DNA of 64,000 bases, from positions 128,001 through 192,000 of the forward strand of contig CAXXIN010000016.1 of NCBI GenBank assembly GCA_963665275.2. The letters run 5' to 3'. Shown here one piece after another: positions 20,800 to 29,251 of this stretch (position 1 is the first letter of the stretch; every line of letters begins with the position of its first letter). Made by a program: the position numbers and the translations under genes. The notes beneath the pieces were generated by a model, which searched no databases, was not told the DNA's origin, and saw nothing but the letters and a program-made list of their open reading frames with translations. The DNA comes from Negativicutes bacterium (GTDB lineage: Bacteria; Bacillota; Negativicutes; UBA1444).

Positions 20800-20899
20800 A
20801 TAGATTTACTTTTTTATGGTGTCTACTTGACGGGGGGGCAGTTCAATGATTTCGATGTCTGGAGCTTCTTTTGCATGTGTCAAGCAAGGCGTGGAAGTT

Positions 20900-22894
20900 T
20901 TACCAGTAGAAAGATCCGTCCCGGTAGGAGGCGACAACGGCTCTGCCATCTTTTTTCAGCACAACCCGGTATTGGCCGTTCGGGCTGTAGGGAACGTCAT
21001 CGCGATATTCTCCCACATATTCGGCAACGATAACGCCGCTGTTCGTCAAAGCCTGAGTGCCATTGCCATGGCGCTTATCGTCCTTCCATTCGCCGACATA
21101 GGAGCTGCCTGAGGACCACTTCATGGTTCCCTGACCATTGCGCTTGTCATTGCTGTAGCTGCCTTTGTAAACGCGCCCGTCGACGTAGGTATAGGTTCCC
21201 TGGCCGCTTTTATTCCCCTGGTCGAATCCACCGACATACTGGTCTCCACGCGAGGTCATTAGCGTGCCCTCCCCGTGAGGAAGGTCATCCTTGAAGGGGC
21301 CGGTGTATTTCGTGCCGTCCTTCGTTGTCATAATTCCTGCGCCATTGGCTTTGTCATTGACCCAGGCTCCCGTATAATTCCGGCCATCCGGTTGGGTTTG
21401 CGATCCGGTGCCGTTTCGTTTTCCATCTTTAAAGGAGCCCTCATAGTGAAGGCCGCTTTTCAAGGTCAACTTTCCCAATCCATCGAATTTGTCGTTGCTC
21501 CAGTCACCCTCGTAGGAGTCGCCGGATTTTGCAGCAAGGATACCCTTACCTTGGCGTTGTCCGCCGGCAAAATAACCGGTATATACAGACCCGTCGGCAT
21601 AGGTTAACTTACCCTTTCCAGCCGGAGTTCCCCAGCTGACATTTCCTTCGTAGGCGCCGTTGCGGTAGGAGATAGTATGGTAGCCGTTCATGCTGTTATA
21701 GGACATCGCTACCCCGACGAGCACCAAGATCAGAAGTGCTGCGGACCAGAGGAGGATTTTGCGGCTGCGCTTTTGAGGCGGCGTTGGTGGCGCGATGATG
21801 CCTGGGGGAGGTTCCATAGGTGGCGGAGGCGGTGGCAACCATTGCGAGGCGGGGCCGGACGGAGGCGGGGGCGGAACGGGCGCAGACCAAATCGGTGGTG
21901 GCATGGGCGGTGCATAGACGATGGGCTGCGGCTCGGTACCGACTGAACCCTTCAGGGCGGCCTGAAACGTCGCCACGTCTTGCGGGCGATTGGCCGGATC
22001 AATGGATAAAGCCTGCAAAAGAGCATAGTTGAAATGCGGCGAAAGAGCTGGTATGACTTGCAGCGGTGGGATCAGAGACTCCTGCGCGACCCGTTCCGCA
22101 GCCTCCGGCGGTACGAAGCCTGTTACTAGATGATAGAGGGTCGCTGCGCAAGCATAGATATCGGTCCAAGCGCCTTGCTTGCCGTGTCGATGATATTGTT
22201 CCCAGGGCGCATAACCGGGGGTGATAATGGTTGTCATGCCTCGGTTAAGCTCCCCAAGGGACTGCCGGGCGGTTCCAAAGTCCAGCAGAATTGGGCGGCC
22301 GGTTGAGGTAATATAAATGTTCTGCGGCTTGATATCACGGTGCAGAAACCCTTTGGCATGCACTTCACGCAATCCAGCCAGAACAGGCAGCATCGTGTCG
22401 AGGGCTGCTTGTTCAGATATCCTGCCACCCAAATTGAGCAGGTGATCCTGCAGACTGTTGCCCTGAAGGTAATCCATCACCAGATAGGCGGTACCATTCT
22501 CCTGAAAAAAGGAACGAACCCGGACCACGTTGGGGTGGTCGAATTGTGCGAGAGTACGGGCTTCATGCAAAAATTGCTCCAGCCCATACCGGAAATGCTC
22601 CGCGTCATCATTGGTGTGGGCACTGACCGTCAAGCGGTCGAAGTGCCGTCCGGCGACCTCGCGCGGCAAATACTCCTTAATGGCGACGAAGGTTGCCAAT
22701 TGGCTGTCCCATCCCAGGTAAGTGATCCCAAAACCGCCAGGCTTACCAAGAAGTTTTCCCACCAGATACTGCCCATTCATCAAGGGGGTTCCCGGCGGGA
22801 GCAATAATGGACTTAGCGGCGCGTTTTCGTCAAAGCCGCACGACGCGCAAACACCATTGTTGAAAGTTTCTAGGAAACAAGCGGGGCAAATCAT
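20900..22894 (-). CDS. Hanks-type Ser/Thr kinase: Zn ribbon-kinase-Pro-rich-TM-MORN repeats
   Basis: CPAC/CASC, GGFGITY, HRDIKPQN, DFG; TM ILLWSAALLILVLVGVAM; ~10 23-aa Y-x-G-x-W/F...G-x-G repeats; GGAGG RBS before ATG 22894. Confidence 0.92.
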   Translation of the reverse strand: MICPACFLETFNNGVCASCGFDENAPLSPLLLPPGTPLMNGQYLVGKLLGKPGGFGITYLGWDSQLATFVAIKEYLPREVAGRHFDRLTVSAHTNDDAEHFRYGLEQFLHEARTLAQFDHPNVVRVRSFFQENGTAYLVMDYLQGNSLQDHLLNLGGRISEQAALDTMLPVLAGLREVHAKGFLHRDIKPQNIYITSTGRPILLDFGTARQSLGELNRGMTTIITPGYAPWEQYHRHGKQGAWTDIYACAATLYHLVTGFVPPEAAERVAQESLIPPLQVIPALSPHFNYALLQALSIDPANRPQDVATFQAALKGSVGTEPQPIVYAPPMPPPIWSAPVPPPPPSGPASQWLPPPPPPMEPPPGIIAPPTPPQKRSRKILLWSAALLILVLVGVAMSYNSMNGYHTISYRNGAYEGNVSWGTPAGKGKLTYADGSVYTGYFAGGQRQGKGILAAKSGDSYEGDWSNDKFDGLGKLTLKSGLHYEGSFKDGKRNGTGSQTQPDGRNYTGAWVNDKANGAGIMTTKDGTKYTGPFKDDLPHGEGTLMTSRGDQYVGGFDQGNKSGQGTYTYVDGRVYKGSYSNDKRNGQGTMKWSSGSSYVGEWKDDKRHGNGTQALTNSGVIVAEYVGEYRDDVPYSPNGQYRVVLKKDGRAVVASYRDGSFYW
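20960..21652 (-). repeat. ~10 tandem MORN repeats (23 aa / 69 bp) in the kinase ectodomain
   Basis: e.g. YEGDWSNDKFDGLGKLTLKSGLH, YEGSFKDGKRNGTGSQTQPDGRN. Confidence 0.85.
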
Positions 22895-22945
22895 GATAGG
22901 GCCTCCTTCAAATAACACGACAGAAAAATTTGCGATTATATTATT

Positions 22946-22971
22946 ATTTGCCATGAATTGAATTAATCCTG
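22946..22971 (-). promoter_or_regulatory. sigma-H-like promoter of the MORN kinase
   Basis: Minus strand CAGGA-N12-ATGGCAAAT, identical in motif and spacing to 10448-10473. Confidence 0.55.
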
Positions 22972-23094
22972 CACGGGTTAGTAGTGGCTTTTATTTGGGC
23001 AGGGAATCAGCGAAAAATGGAGAAGTCTTCTGTACGATAAAGCTGTTGTATCGTAACGCGGAACGGTATTCGGATTTTAAAGGGGGCGAAAGCT

Positions 23095-24516
23095 ATCGAA
23101 AAGGCGAAACGGATTTTGCATGCGCTGCGGCAGGCAGGTCAGGAGGCCTATATTGTTGGGGGCGCGGTTCGTGATCACTTATTGGGGGTAGCTCCTCAGG
23201 ATATTGACATTGCCACTTCCGCCCATACGCAGGAGATTATAACCGCGGCGCAAAAGGAAGGCTGGCGCACCGTTGAAACTGGTGTTTTTTTCGGCGTGGT
23301 GGTTGTTGTAGTGGCGGGGGATCCTTACGATGTAGCGACGTTTCGCACCGAGACCTATGGCGAGGACTGCCACAGACCGGAAACGGTCTCGTTTGCGGTG
23401 TCGCTGCGTGATGATCTTTCCCGCCGTGATTTTACAATCAATGCAATGGCGATGGACGAAGCCGGCAACATCATAGACTACTTCAATGGCAGGGAAGATC
23501 TGCGATGCGGAGTGATTCGCACGGTCGGCGATCCATTACTCCGTTTTCAGGAAGACTCACTGCGTATGTTCCGTGCGGCGCGTTTTGCCGCTGTGTTTGA
23601 TTTCACTATCGACCCTAGGACCTTGGCGGCGATTCCGCCAAACTTGTATCGTGTGCGCGGCTTGTCTGTGGAAAGGGTGCGGAACGAGATCGACAAAACC
23701 CTGACAGGAACCTTTGCTCCCAAAGGGTTGAGGGTTCTAATGGAACAGGGCCTTTTGAACGAGACCTGCCGCGCCCGCGATGAGTCAGGCGAAGAAAATG
23801 TGCTGATTTTACCAGAATTGTCGCATCTCAGTGGTTTGGCGCAGAATGCCAGATATCACCGTCTGGACGTGTGGGAGCATACGCTGGCTATGGTGGGAGA
23901 AATCATGCCGCATCCGGTGCTGCGTTGGGCAGCACTATTGCACGACGTTGCTAAGGGATTGCCGGAAGTGAGGCTTTACAATGCGCAGGGAGATTTGGTC
24001 GAGCACCGGCATGAAGTTGCCGGTGCCCAAATTGCGATGAACGTGGCAAAACGACTGCGTTTTCCTGCTTATTGGAGTCGTAGCGTACCCTGGCTGGTTC
24101 GGCATCACCTGCGCTTGCCCCCGGCGGAGACGGAGGCTTGCATTCGGTGGCTGAGAAGAAGGTCCCGTGAATTCAAACGGTCTGGCGACCTCCGGGAAGG
24201 CATTGAGGCGTTGCTGGAAATACATCGTGCCGACCGACTGGCAGGACATCGGGACCCCGGCATGCCGGGATGGGAAAAAATTGCAGGCGTTCTGCGGCAA
24301 ATCTTAGATTCAGTACCGTTTTACCCTGACCAATTGGCCCTCTCCGGCGAAGAAATCGCCGAGTGCCTGGGGCGAAATCCAGCCGTAGGACAGTTTCAAC
24401 GAACACTGTTGTCCCGGATCCAAACCGGCGAATTGCTCAACACGCCAGAGGACCAGCTCGATGCTTTGATTAAAAAATCAGAGCGAGAAAAACAAAAGAA
24501 TCATGTATACAATTGA
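23095..24516 (+). CDS. cca: CCA tRNA nucleotidyltransferase / poly(A) polymerase family protein with HD domain (start uncertain: ATC 23095 or TTG 23116)
   Basis: VGGAVRD, DIDIAT, RRDFTINAMA, EDSLRMFRAARF, ERVRNE, LLHDVAK. Confidence 0.85.
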   Translation: MEKAKRILHALRQAGQEAYIVGGAVRDHLLGVAPQDIDIATSAHTQEIITAAQKEGWRTVETGVFFGVVVVVVAGDPYDVATFRTETYGEDCHRPETVSFAVSLRDDLSRRDFTINAMAMDEAGNIIDYFNGREDLRCGVIRTVGDPLLRFQEDSLRMFRAARFAAVFDFTIDPRTLAAIPPNLYRVRGLSVERVRNEIDKTLTGTFAPKGLRVLMEQGLLNETCRARDESGEENVLILPELSHLSGLAQNARYHRLDVWEHTLAMVGEIMPHPVLRWAALLHDVAKGLPEVRLYNAQGDLVEHRHEVAGAQIAMNVAKRLRFPAYWSRSVPWLVRHHLRLPPAETEACIRWLRRRSREFKRSGDLREGIEALLEIHRADRLAGHRDPGMPGWEKIAGVLRQILDSVPFYPDQLALSGEEIAECLGRNPAVGQFQRTLLSRIQTGELLNTPEDQLDALIKKSEREKQKNHVYN

Positions 24517-24524
24517 TGGTTGCA

Positions 24525-24554
24525 TTGACATGTTTTTTGACAATAGTGTATAGT
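24525..24554 (+). promoter_or_regulatory. sigma-A-like promoter
   Basis: TTGACA-N18-TATAGT. Confidence 0.55.
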
Positions 24555-24593
24555 TAACTCAAGGACAAACCAATGCGTTGAGGAGTCAAAGGC

Positions 24594-24629
24594 GACTTCT
24601 TCGCACTAAAGCGGAGGAGTCTGTTTTTT
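24594..24629 (+). terminator. Intrinsic terminator / possible attenuator
   Basis: GACTTCTTCGC-ACTAAA-GCGGAGGAGTC followed by TGTTTTTT. Confidence 0.7.
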
Positions 24630-24660
24630 ACCCTGAATGCAATATTGAAAGGAGGCCCTT

Positions 24661-24786
24661 GTGATGATGGAACACCTGAAACCTGAAGAAATCGTAAAAA
24701 TGCCTTTGCACATGCAGATCCTGTACTATTTCGAGAAGTGGGGGACATTGGCGCAGGGCGCAGACCTTTTGAAAAAAGCCGGGTAA
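24661..24786 (+). CDS. Small hypothetical protein, ~41 aa (not in the ORF track)
   Basis: Strong AAAGGAGG RBS, then (M)MMEHLKPEEIVKMPLHMQILYYFEKWGTLAQGADLLKKAG*. Confidence 0.6.
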   Translation: MMMEHLKPEEIVKMPLHMQILYYFEKWGTLAQGADLLKKAG

Positions 24787-24928
24787 GCGAACTTGCCGGA
24801 TAAGTGAAATTACGCCGATTTTCTGGGGAGACGGTATTAACCGTCTCTTTTTCTTAGGGAAAAGTTGATCTCGGGTCTCGAAAGGTATAGAATTGTAATT
24901 GTATTTTGTGCAATTCAAGAGGTGAACC

Positions 24929-25693
24929 ATGCTTACCCGAAGATGTTTTATCAAGAATTGTGTTGCAACGGTCGCGGCGCTGGGGATAAGCGAAGCTTTT
25001 TCGCCGCCTCAGGTTGTTACAGCTACCGAAAATGTTGATATTCCAGTACTGCTTTATCATCGTATCGGCGATACGGCGGGCCACTTGACGATATCACCGG
25101 ATAAGTTTGCGCAAGATTTGTCGCGATTACGCGAAATGGGTTATGAAACGATCTCGCTGGAGCTTTTTCGCCGCTATAAAGCTGATCCGGAGACTCCATT
25201 GCCAGAAAAACCGATCATGATTTCTTTTGATGACGGATATTTGGATAATTATCTGAATGCGTATCTGATTTTGCGACAATATGGCATGTCTGCCGCCTTT
25301 TACATCATCACGAGCCTTGTTGGGGAAGAAGATCGCCTAGCGGCGGGACATATCCGTGAAATGGCGAACAACGGCATGTCTATTGGTTCACATACAGTGA
25401 GCCATCGGCAATTGGGTGATCTGGGGGTTGAGGAGGCAATGAACGAAATGTCTTTGTCGCGGCTTTACCTCGAAGGGCTGCTGCAAAAACCAGTTCAGTA
25501 TATTGCTTACCCTAAGGGCAGCTACAACGATTTTACCGGTAAGGAAGCAAATGAAGCCGGCTATTGGGGCGGATTCTCGATTTTGCCAGGAACCTGTTCG
25601 CTCGCGACCAATCCCTATGTATTGAGGCGAATCCCGGTTTTCAGCTTCGATGGCGACATCGGCCGAACGATGGCGAAACGCGGTCGTGTGTAG
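24929..25693 (+). CDS. Polysaccharide deacetylase (CE4) with Tat signal
   Basis: TRRCFIK Tat motif; VLLYHRI, SFDDGY, GSHTVSH, AYPKG. Confidence 0.88.
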   Translation: MLTRRCFIKNCVATVAALGISEAFSPPQVVTATENVDIPVLLYHRIGDTAGHLTISPDKFAQDLSRLREMGYETISLELFRRYKADPETPLPEKPIMISFDDGYLDNYLNAYLILRQYGMSAAFYIITSLVGEEDRLAAGHIREMANNGMSIGSHTVSHRQLGDLGVEEAMNEMSLSRLYLEGLLQKPVQYIAYPKGSYNDFTGKEANEAGYWGGFSILPGTCSLATNPYVLRRIPVFSFDGDIGRTMAKRGRV

Positions 25694-25699
25694 AGTTGA

Positions 25700-25729
25700 T
25701 TGACAAAGGCGCGGGGCCCCTGTTATAAT
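25700..25729 (+). promoter_or_regulatory. Consensus sigma-A promoter of the tRNA-Ser pair
   Basis: TTGACA-N18-TATAAT with TG extension. Confidence 0.8.
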
Positions 25730-25746
25730 ACTTGCGTGCCGGACAC

Positions 25747-25835
25747 GGAGGGGTGTCCGAGTGGTTTATGGAGCTGGTCTTGAAAACCAGTGATCCCGCA
25801 AGGGACCGCGGGTTCGAATCCCGCCCCCTCCGCCA
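25747..25835 (+). tRNA. tRNA-Ser(TGA)
   Basis: Cloverleaf with long variable arm, anticodon arm CTGGT-CT-TGA-AA-ACCAG, GGTTCGAATCC, encoded CCA. Confidence 0.96.
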
Positions 25836-25879
25836 TTTCCTTGCGGCATGAACTGAATTTTCACTATCCATCGGATCGC

Positions 25880-25970
25880 GGAGTGGTACTCAAGTGGCCG
25901 AAGAGGTCGGTTTGCTAAACCGATAGGGGGGGAAACTCCCGCGAGGGTTCAAATCCCTCCCACTCCGCCA
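25880..25970 (+). tRNA. tRNA-Ser(GCT)
   Basis: Anticodon arm TCGGT-TT-GCT-AA-ACCGA, long variable arm, encoded CCA. Confidence 0.96.
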
Positions 25971-25984
25971 GTATTAAAAACCTT

Positions 25985-26024
25985 ATAGGCACCGCCCAAC
26001 AAATGGGTCGTGTCTGTTTTTTTT
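25985..26024 (+). terminator. Terminator after the tRNA-Ser pair
   Basis: Imperfect hairpin ATAGGCAC..CCCA/TGGG..GTGTCTGT plus T-tract. Confidence 0.6.
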
Positions 26025-26589
26025 GCAGCTGGAAACTAGCTACGTTCAAAAAATAATGTAAAACAAGGCATTACAGGATCGGTTTTCACTATTGGATCAT
26101 CATTTAGGACTTTTGGCCCATAACAATAGGACCTTAGTAGGGAGAAACCCGCGTTTTATAGAGGTACAATATATTTAAGAGTTAAATATTGGGATAATTT
26201 TCGAGGCGTTTTGATCATTGGCAAAGGCTAAAGTCTTCAGCACGGAATTCGTCTGGGTGTCTGCATCATGAGTATCCCTTTCCAATAAAAGTAGTATAGG
26301 TTGATTTTATGATGTATTCAACAAGTCATCGTTCGGGCTCGCAGAGGTGCGGGTTTTTTATTTTGAATTGCTAGCACGCCATTAATTATTGCTGAAGTTA
26401 AACTCTTTACTGCGAAAATTCCGTCTGCTAACGGAACCACTGCTGCCGATGCGCGCAAGGGTTTAAAAAACGCAGTCTTTGATTTAGAAAAAGTTGTGGT
26501 AAATGCATCGCATCATTGTAAAATCGACCCCGCTTATATCAAATTCCTTATTCCTATTTGAAATTCTTTTGGGATGGAGAGGTACGCGC

Positions 26590-27702
26590 ATGCAACGACT
26601 ACCTGTAGGAAAGCTGCAACCGGGGATGGTAACTGCCCGAAACGTTTATAATGATGATGGGCAAAAGCTTCTTTCCGCCAACATGATTATTACATGGTCA
26701 TTTATTCACCGATTGAACGAGATGAAAATACCGGCTGTCTATATCACCAATTCCTACATGACCGGGATTGAGGTAGATCCGATTGTTAACGAAGACGTTC
26801 GGATTAAAACAATACAAACCATAAAGAGTGTTTTCAGTTTGATGGACTCACATCGGCCGGATATCAACTACCGAGAAATTCAGGGGCTAGGGAAAAGCAT
26901 AGTGACCGAAGTACTGCGGAACAAGGATGCGCTGCTTCATCTCAATGAAATACGAACCTACGACAACTACACATTCGCTCATTCCGTCAACGTTTGCATC
27001 ATGGCCGTCCTGATCGCGGTGGGGATGAACTATAGCGAGAAACGTCTGCACGATCTAGCGATGGGTTCACTTCTGCACGATGCGGGAAAAATGCTGATTG
27101 ACTCAGCCATCCTGAACAAGCCGGGGCTTCTTACGGAAGAAGAAATGATAACGATGCAAGGACACCCGCAATTAGGTTTTGATTATTTACGGCAGTCAGG
27201 AAAAAGAATATCGGCGCCCGCCCTGCATGTTGCGTATCAGCACCATGAAAAATTTGACGGCAGTGGGTACCCTCGGGGTTTGAAAAAAGCCGAAATTCAT
27301 GAATATGCCCGTATTGTTGCGATAGCGGATGTCTACGATGCACTTATTTCCGACCGATCCTACAGATCTGCCATGCTGCCTCATGAAGCATACGAGATTC
27401 TTCTGGCATCGAGCAGTTTCCACTTCGATCCCGATATCTTGCCGCATTTTCTAGCCAAAATCGCCATATATCCCATCGGAACGCTAGTAAAACTGAATAA
27501 TGGAGATGTCGGTCTCGTTATCGACGTGCAACCGGGAATGACGAACCGTCCAACGGTGCGTTTAGTTATGGATAAGCATGCCAAACTGTATCCGAGTCAC
27601 ACTGATCTGGATTTGCGGGAACGTTTGACCATCTTCATCGAGCAGGTGATTCGTGACAAGACTGTATTTGACTTGACAGGGGGCAAAAGTATTTCACCCT
27701 GA
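26590..27702 (+). CDS. HD-GYP domain c-di-GMP phosphodiesterase
   Basis: HSVNV, LLHDAGK, HHEKFDGSGYP, VAIADVYDAL; GGAGAGG RBS before ATG 26590. Confidence 0.9.
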   Translation: MQRLPVGKLQPGMVTARNVYNDDGQKLLSANMIITWSFIHRLNEMKIPAVYITNSYMTGIEVDPIVNEDVRIKTIQTIKSVFSLMDSHRPDINYREIQGLGKSIVTEVLRNKDALLHLNEIRTYDNYTFAHSVNVCIMAVLIAVGMNYSEKRLHDLAMGSLLHDAGKMLIDSAILNKPGLLTEEEMITMQGHPQLGFDYLRQSGKRISAPALHVAYQHHEKFDGSGYPRGLKKAEIHEYARIVAIADVYDALISDRSYRSAMLPHEAYEILLASSSFHFDPDILPHFLAKIAIYPIGTLVKLNNGDVGLVIDVQPGMTNRPTVRLVMDKHAKLYPSHTDLDLRERLTIFIEQVIRDKTVFDLTGGKSISP

Positions 27703-27747
27703 AGAATTTCACGGTGAAAATAGGCAATAATCAAACTGATGAAAAAA

Positions 27748-27790
27748 CGGAGATCTGCCGCGATTTTTCGGTGGCAGGTCTCCGCCTTTT
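27748..27790 (+). terminator. Intrinsic terminator
   Basis: CGGAGATCTGCCGCGA/TCGGTGGCAGGTCTCCG hairpin plus T-run. Confidence 0.7.
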
Positions 27791-27957
27791 ATGGGTAAGG
27801 ATCTTTCCAACAGGAAATTGAACCCGTTATGCCGAAGAAATCAGTTATGCATTTCGTTGCCTGTTGTTGAATGGCAGAATGCTGACGGGCCATCCTGTGG
27901 AGGCCAATGCTTTGCATCAAATGCGGAAACCTGAAACGGAAGAGGTAAGGGAAATGA

Positions 27958-29196
27958 ATGGATAAATTAAATGGGATCGGGCCGCGAGCCCGCGAAATAT
28001 TAAAGTATATCGGGCCGGGAATTTTGGTTACCGTGGGGTTCATTGATCCAGGCAACTGGGCTTCCAATGTTGCCGCCGGCGCTTCCTATGGCTATTCGCT
28101 GTTGTGGATGGTGACGTTATCTACGCTGATGCTGATCATTCTGCAACATAACGCGGCGCATCTCGGCATTGTCAGCGGTCTTTGCATATCCGAAGCCGCA
28201 GAAAAATATCTTCCAGCCTGGTTTGCCAAACCGATTCTGCTCTCCGCCGTCGCCGCTGCTGTTGCCACTGCGCTGGCCGAGCTTCTTGGCGCAGCTATCG
28301 CTCTGAAAATGCTGTTCAATCTACCCATCAAAATCGGCACGCTGCTTACGGTGGCATTCGTCGGCTGGATGCTGTACAGCAACTCTTACCGGAGGCTGGA
28401 AAAATGGATCATTGGCTTCGTATCGCTGATCGGACTATCCTTTCTGTTTGAACTGAGCCTGGTGGATATTGCCTGGCCGCAGGCAGTCAGAGGTTGGCTT
28501 GTTCCCGTGATTCCGGAGGGTTCTCTGCCGATCGTCATGAGCGTGCTTGGGGCCGTGGTCATGCCGCACAATCTATTCCTTCACTCCGAAGTGATTCAAA
28601 GCCGGCACTGGAATCTGTCGGATGACAAAGTAATCCAGCGACAGCTGCGGTTTGAGTTTATGGATACACTTTTCTCCATGCTGATCGGGTGGGGGATTAA
28701 CAGCGCAATGATCCTGATCGCAGCCGCCACTTTCTTTAATGCCGGGTTGGAAGTGAGTGAGCTGGAGCAGGCTGCGCAGATGCTAGACCCTTTGCTGGGC
28801 AAAGCCGCGGCAGCCGTTTTTGCGCTGGCGCTGCTTTTTTCAGGACTGGCCTCGAGTGTTACAGCGGGGATGGCTGGTGGGTCGATTTTTGCCGGTGGAT
28901 TTGGCGAAGCCTATGATATCGATCGCGGGCATACTCGGCGAGGCGTTTTGCTGACTTTATGCGTGGCTGCCCTGCTGATCTTTTTCATTACAGATCCGTT
29001 CAAAGGCCTCGTATATTCACAGATGCTGCTCAGCATCCAGTTGCCGTGGACGATTTTTCTGCAAATCCGGCTGACCTCATCGACTGCGGTGATGGGAAAA
29101 TATGCGAATCGTACGAAAACGGCGATAACCCTATGGGCCATCGGCGCAATCGTTACTGGATTAAATGTGATGCTTCTGATCGAACTGTTGTCATGA
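27958..29196 (+). CDS. mntH: Nramp-family divalent metal transporter
   Basis: FIDPGNW and VMPHNLFLHS motifs, ~11 TM helices. Confidence 0.88.
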   Translation: MDKLNGIGPRAREILKYIGPGILVTVGFIDPGNWASNVAAGASYGYSLLWMVTLSTLMLIILQHNAAHLGIVSGLCISEAAEKYLPAWFAKPILLSAVAAAVATALAELLGAAIALKMLFNLPIKIGTLLTVAFVGWMLYSNSYRRLEKWIIGFVSLIGLSFLFELSLVDIAWPQAVRGWLVPVIPEGSLPIVMSVLGAVVMPHNLFLHSEVIQSRHWNLSDDKVIQRQLRFEFMDTLFSMLIGWGINSAMILIAAATFFNAGLEVSELEQAAQMLDPLLGKAAAAVFALALLFSGLASSVTAGMAGGSIFAGGFGEAYDIDRGHTRRGVLLTLCVAALLIFFITDPFKGLVYSQMLLSIQLPWTIFLQIRLTSSTAVMGKYANRTKTAITLWAIGAIVTGLNVMLLIELLS

Positions 29197-29251
29197 GCAA
29201 GCTGCGTTGGAAAGACTGGAAACAACCCGTCGGGGTGAGGTGAAGTTGAGC

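Larger units (their letters stand above)
19178..20845 (+). mobile_element. IS3-family (IS150-like) insertion sequence, complete, 1668 bp
   Basis: TG...CA ends; IRL TGATATGCTCCCCTAAAGGTAGACA vs reverse-complemented IRR TGAACTGCCCCCCCGTCAAGTAGACA; 3-bp ATG target duplication (19175-77 and 20846-48); lower GC than flanks. Confidence 0.95.

Noticed and set aside
27840-27957. Metal-sensing riboswitch (yybP-ykoY, M-box, NiCo) upstream of mntH
   Set aside because: Consensus motifs not found by eye
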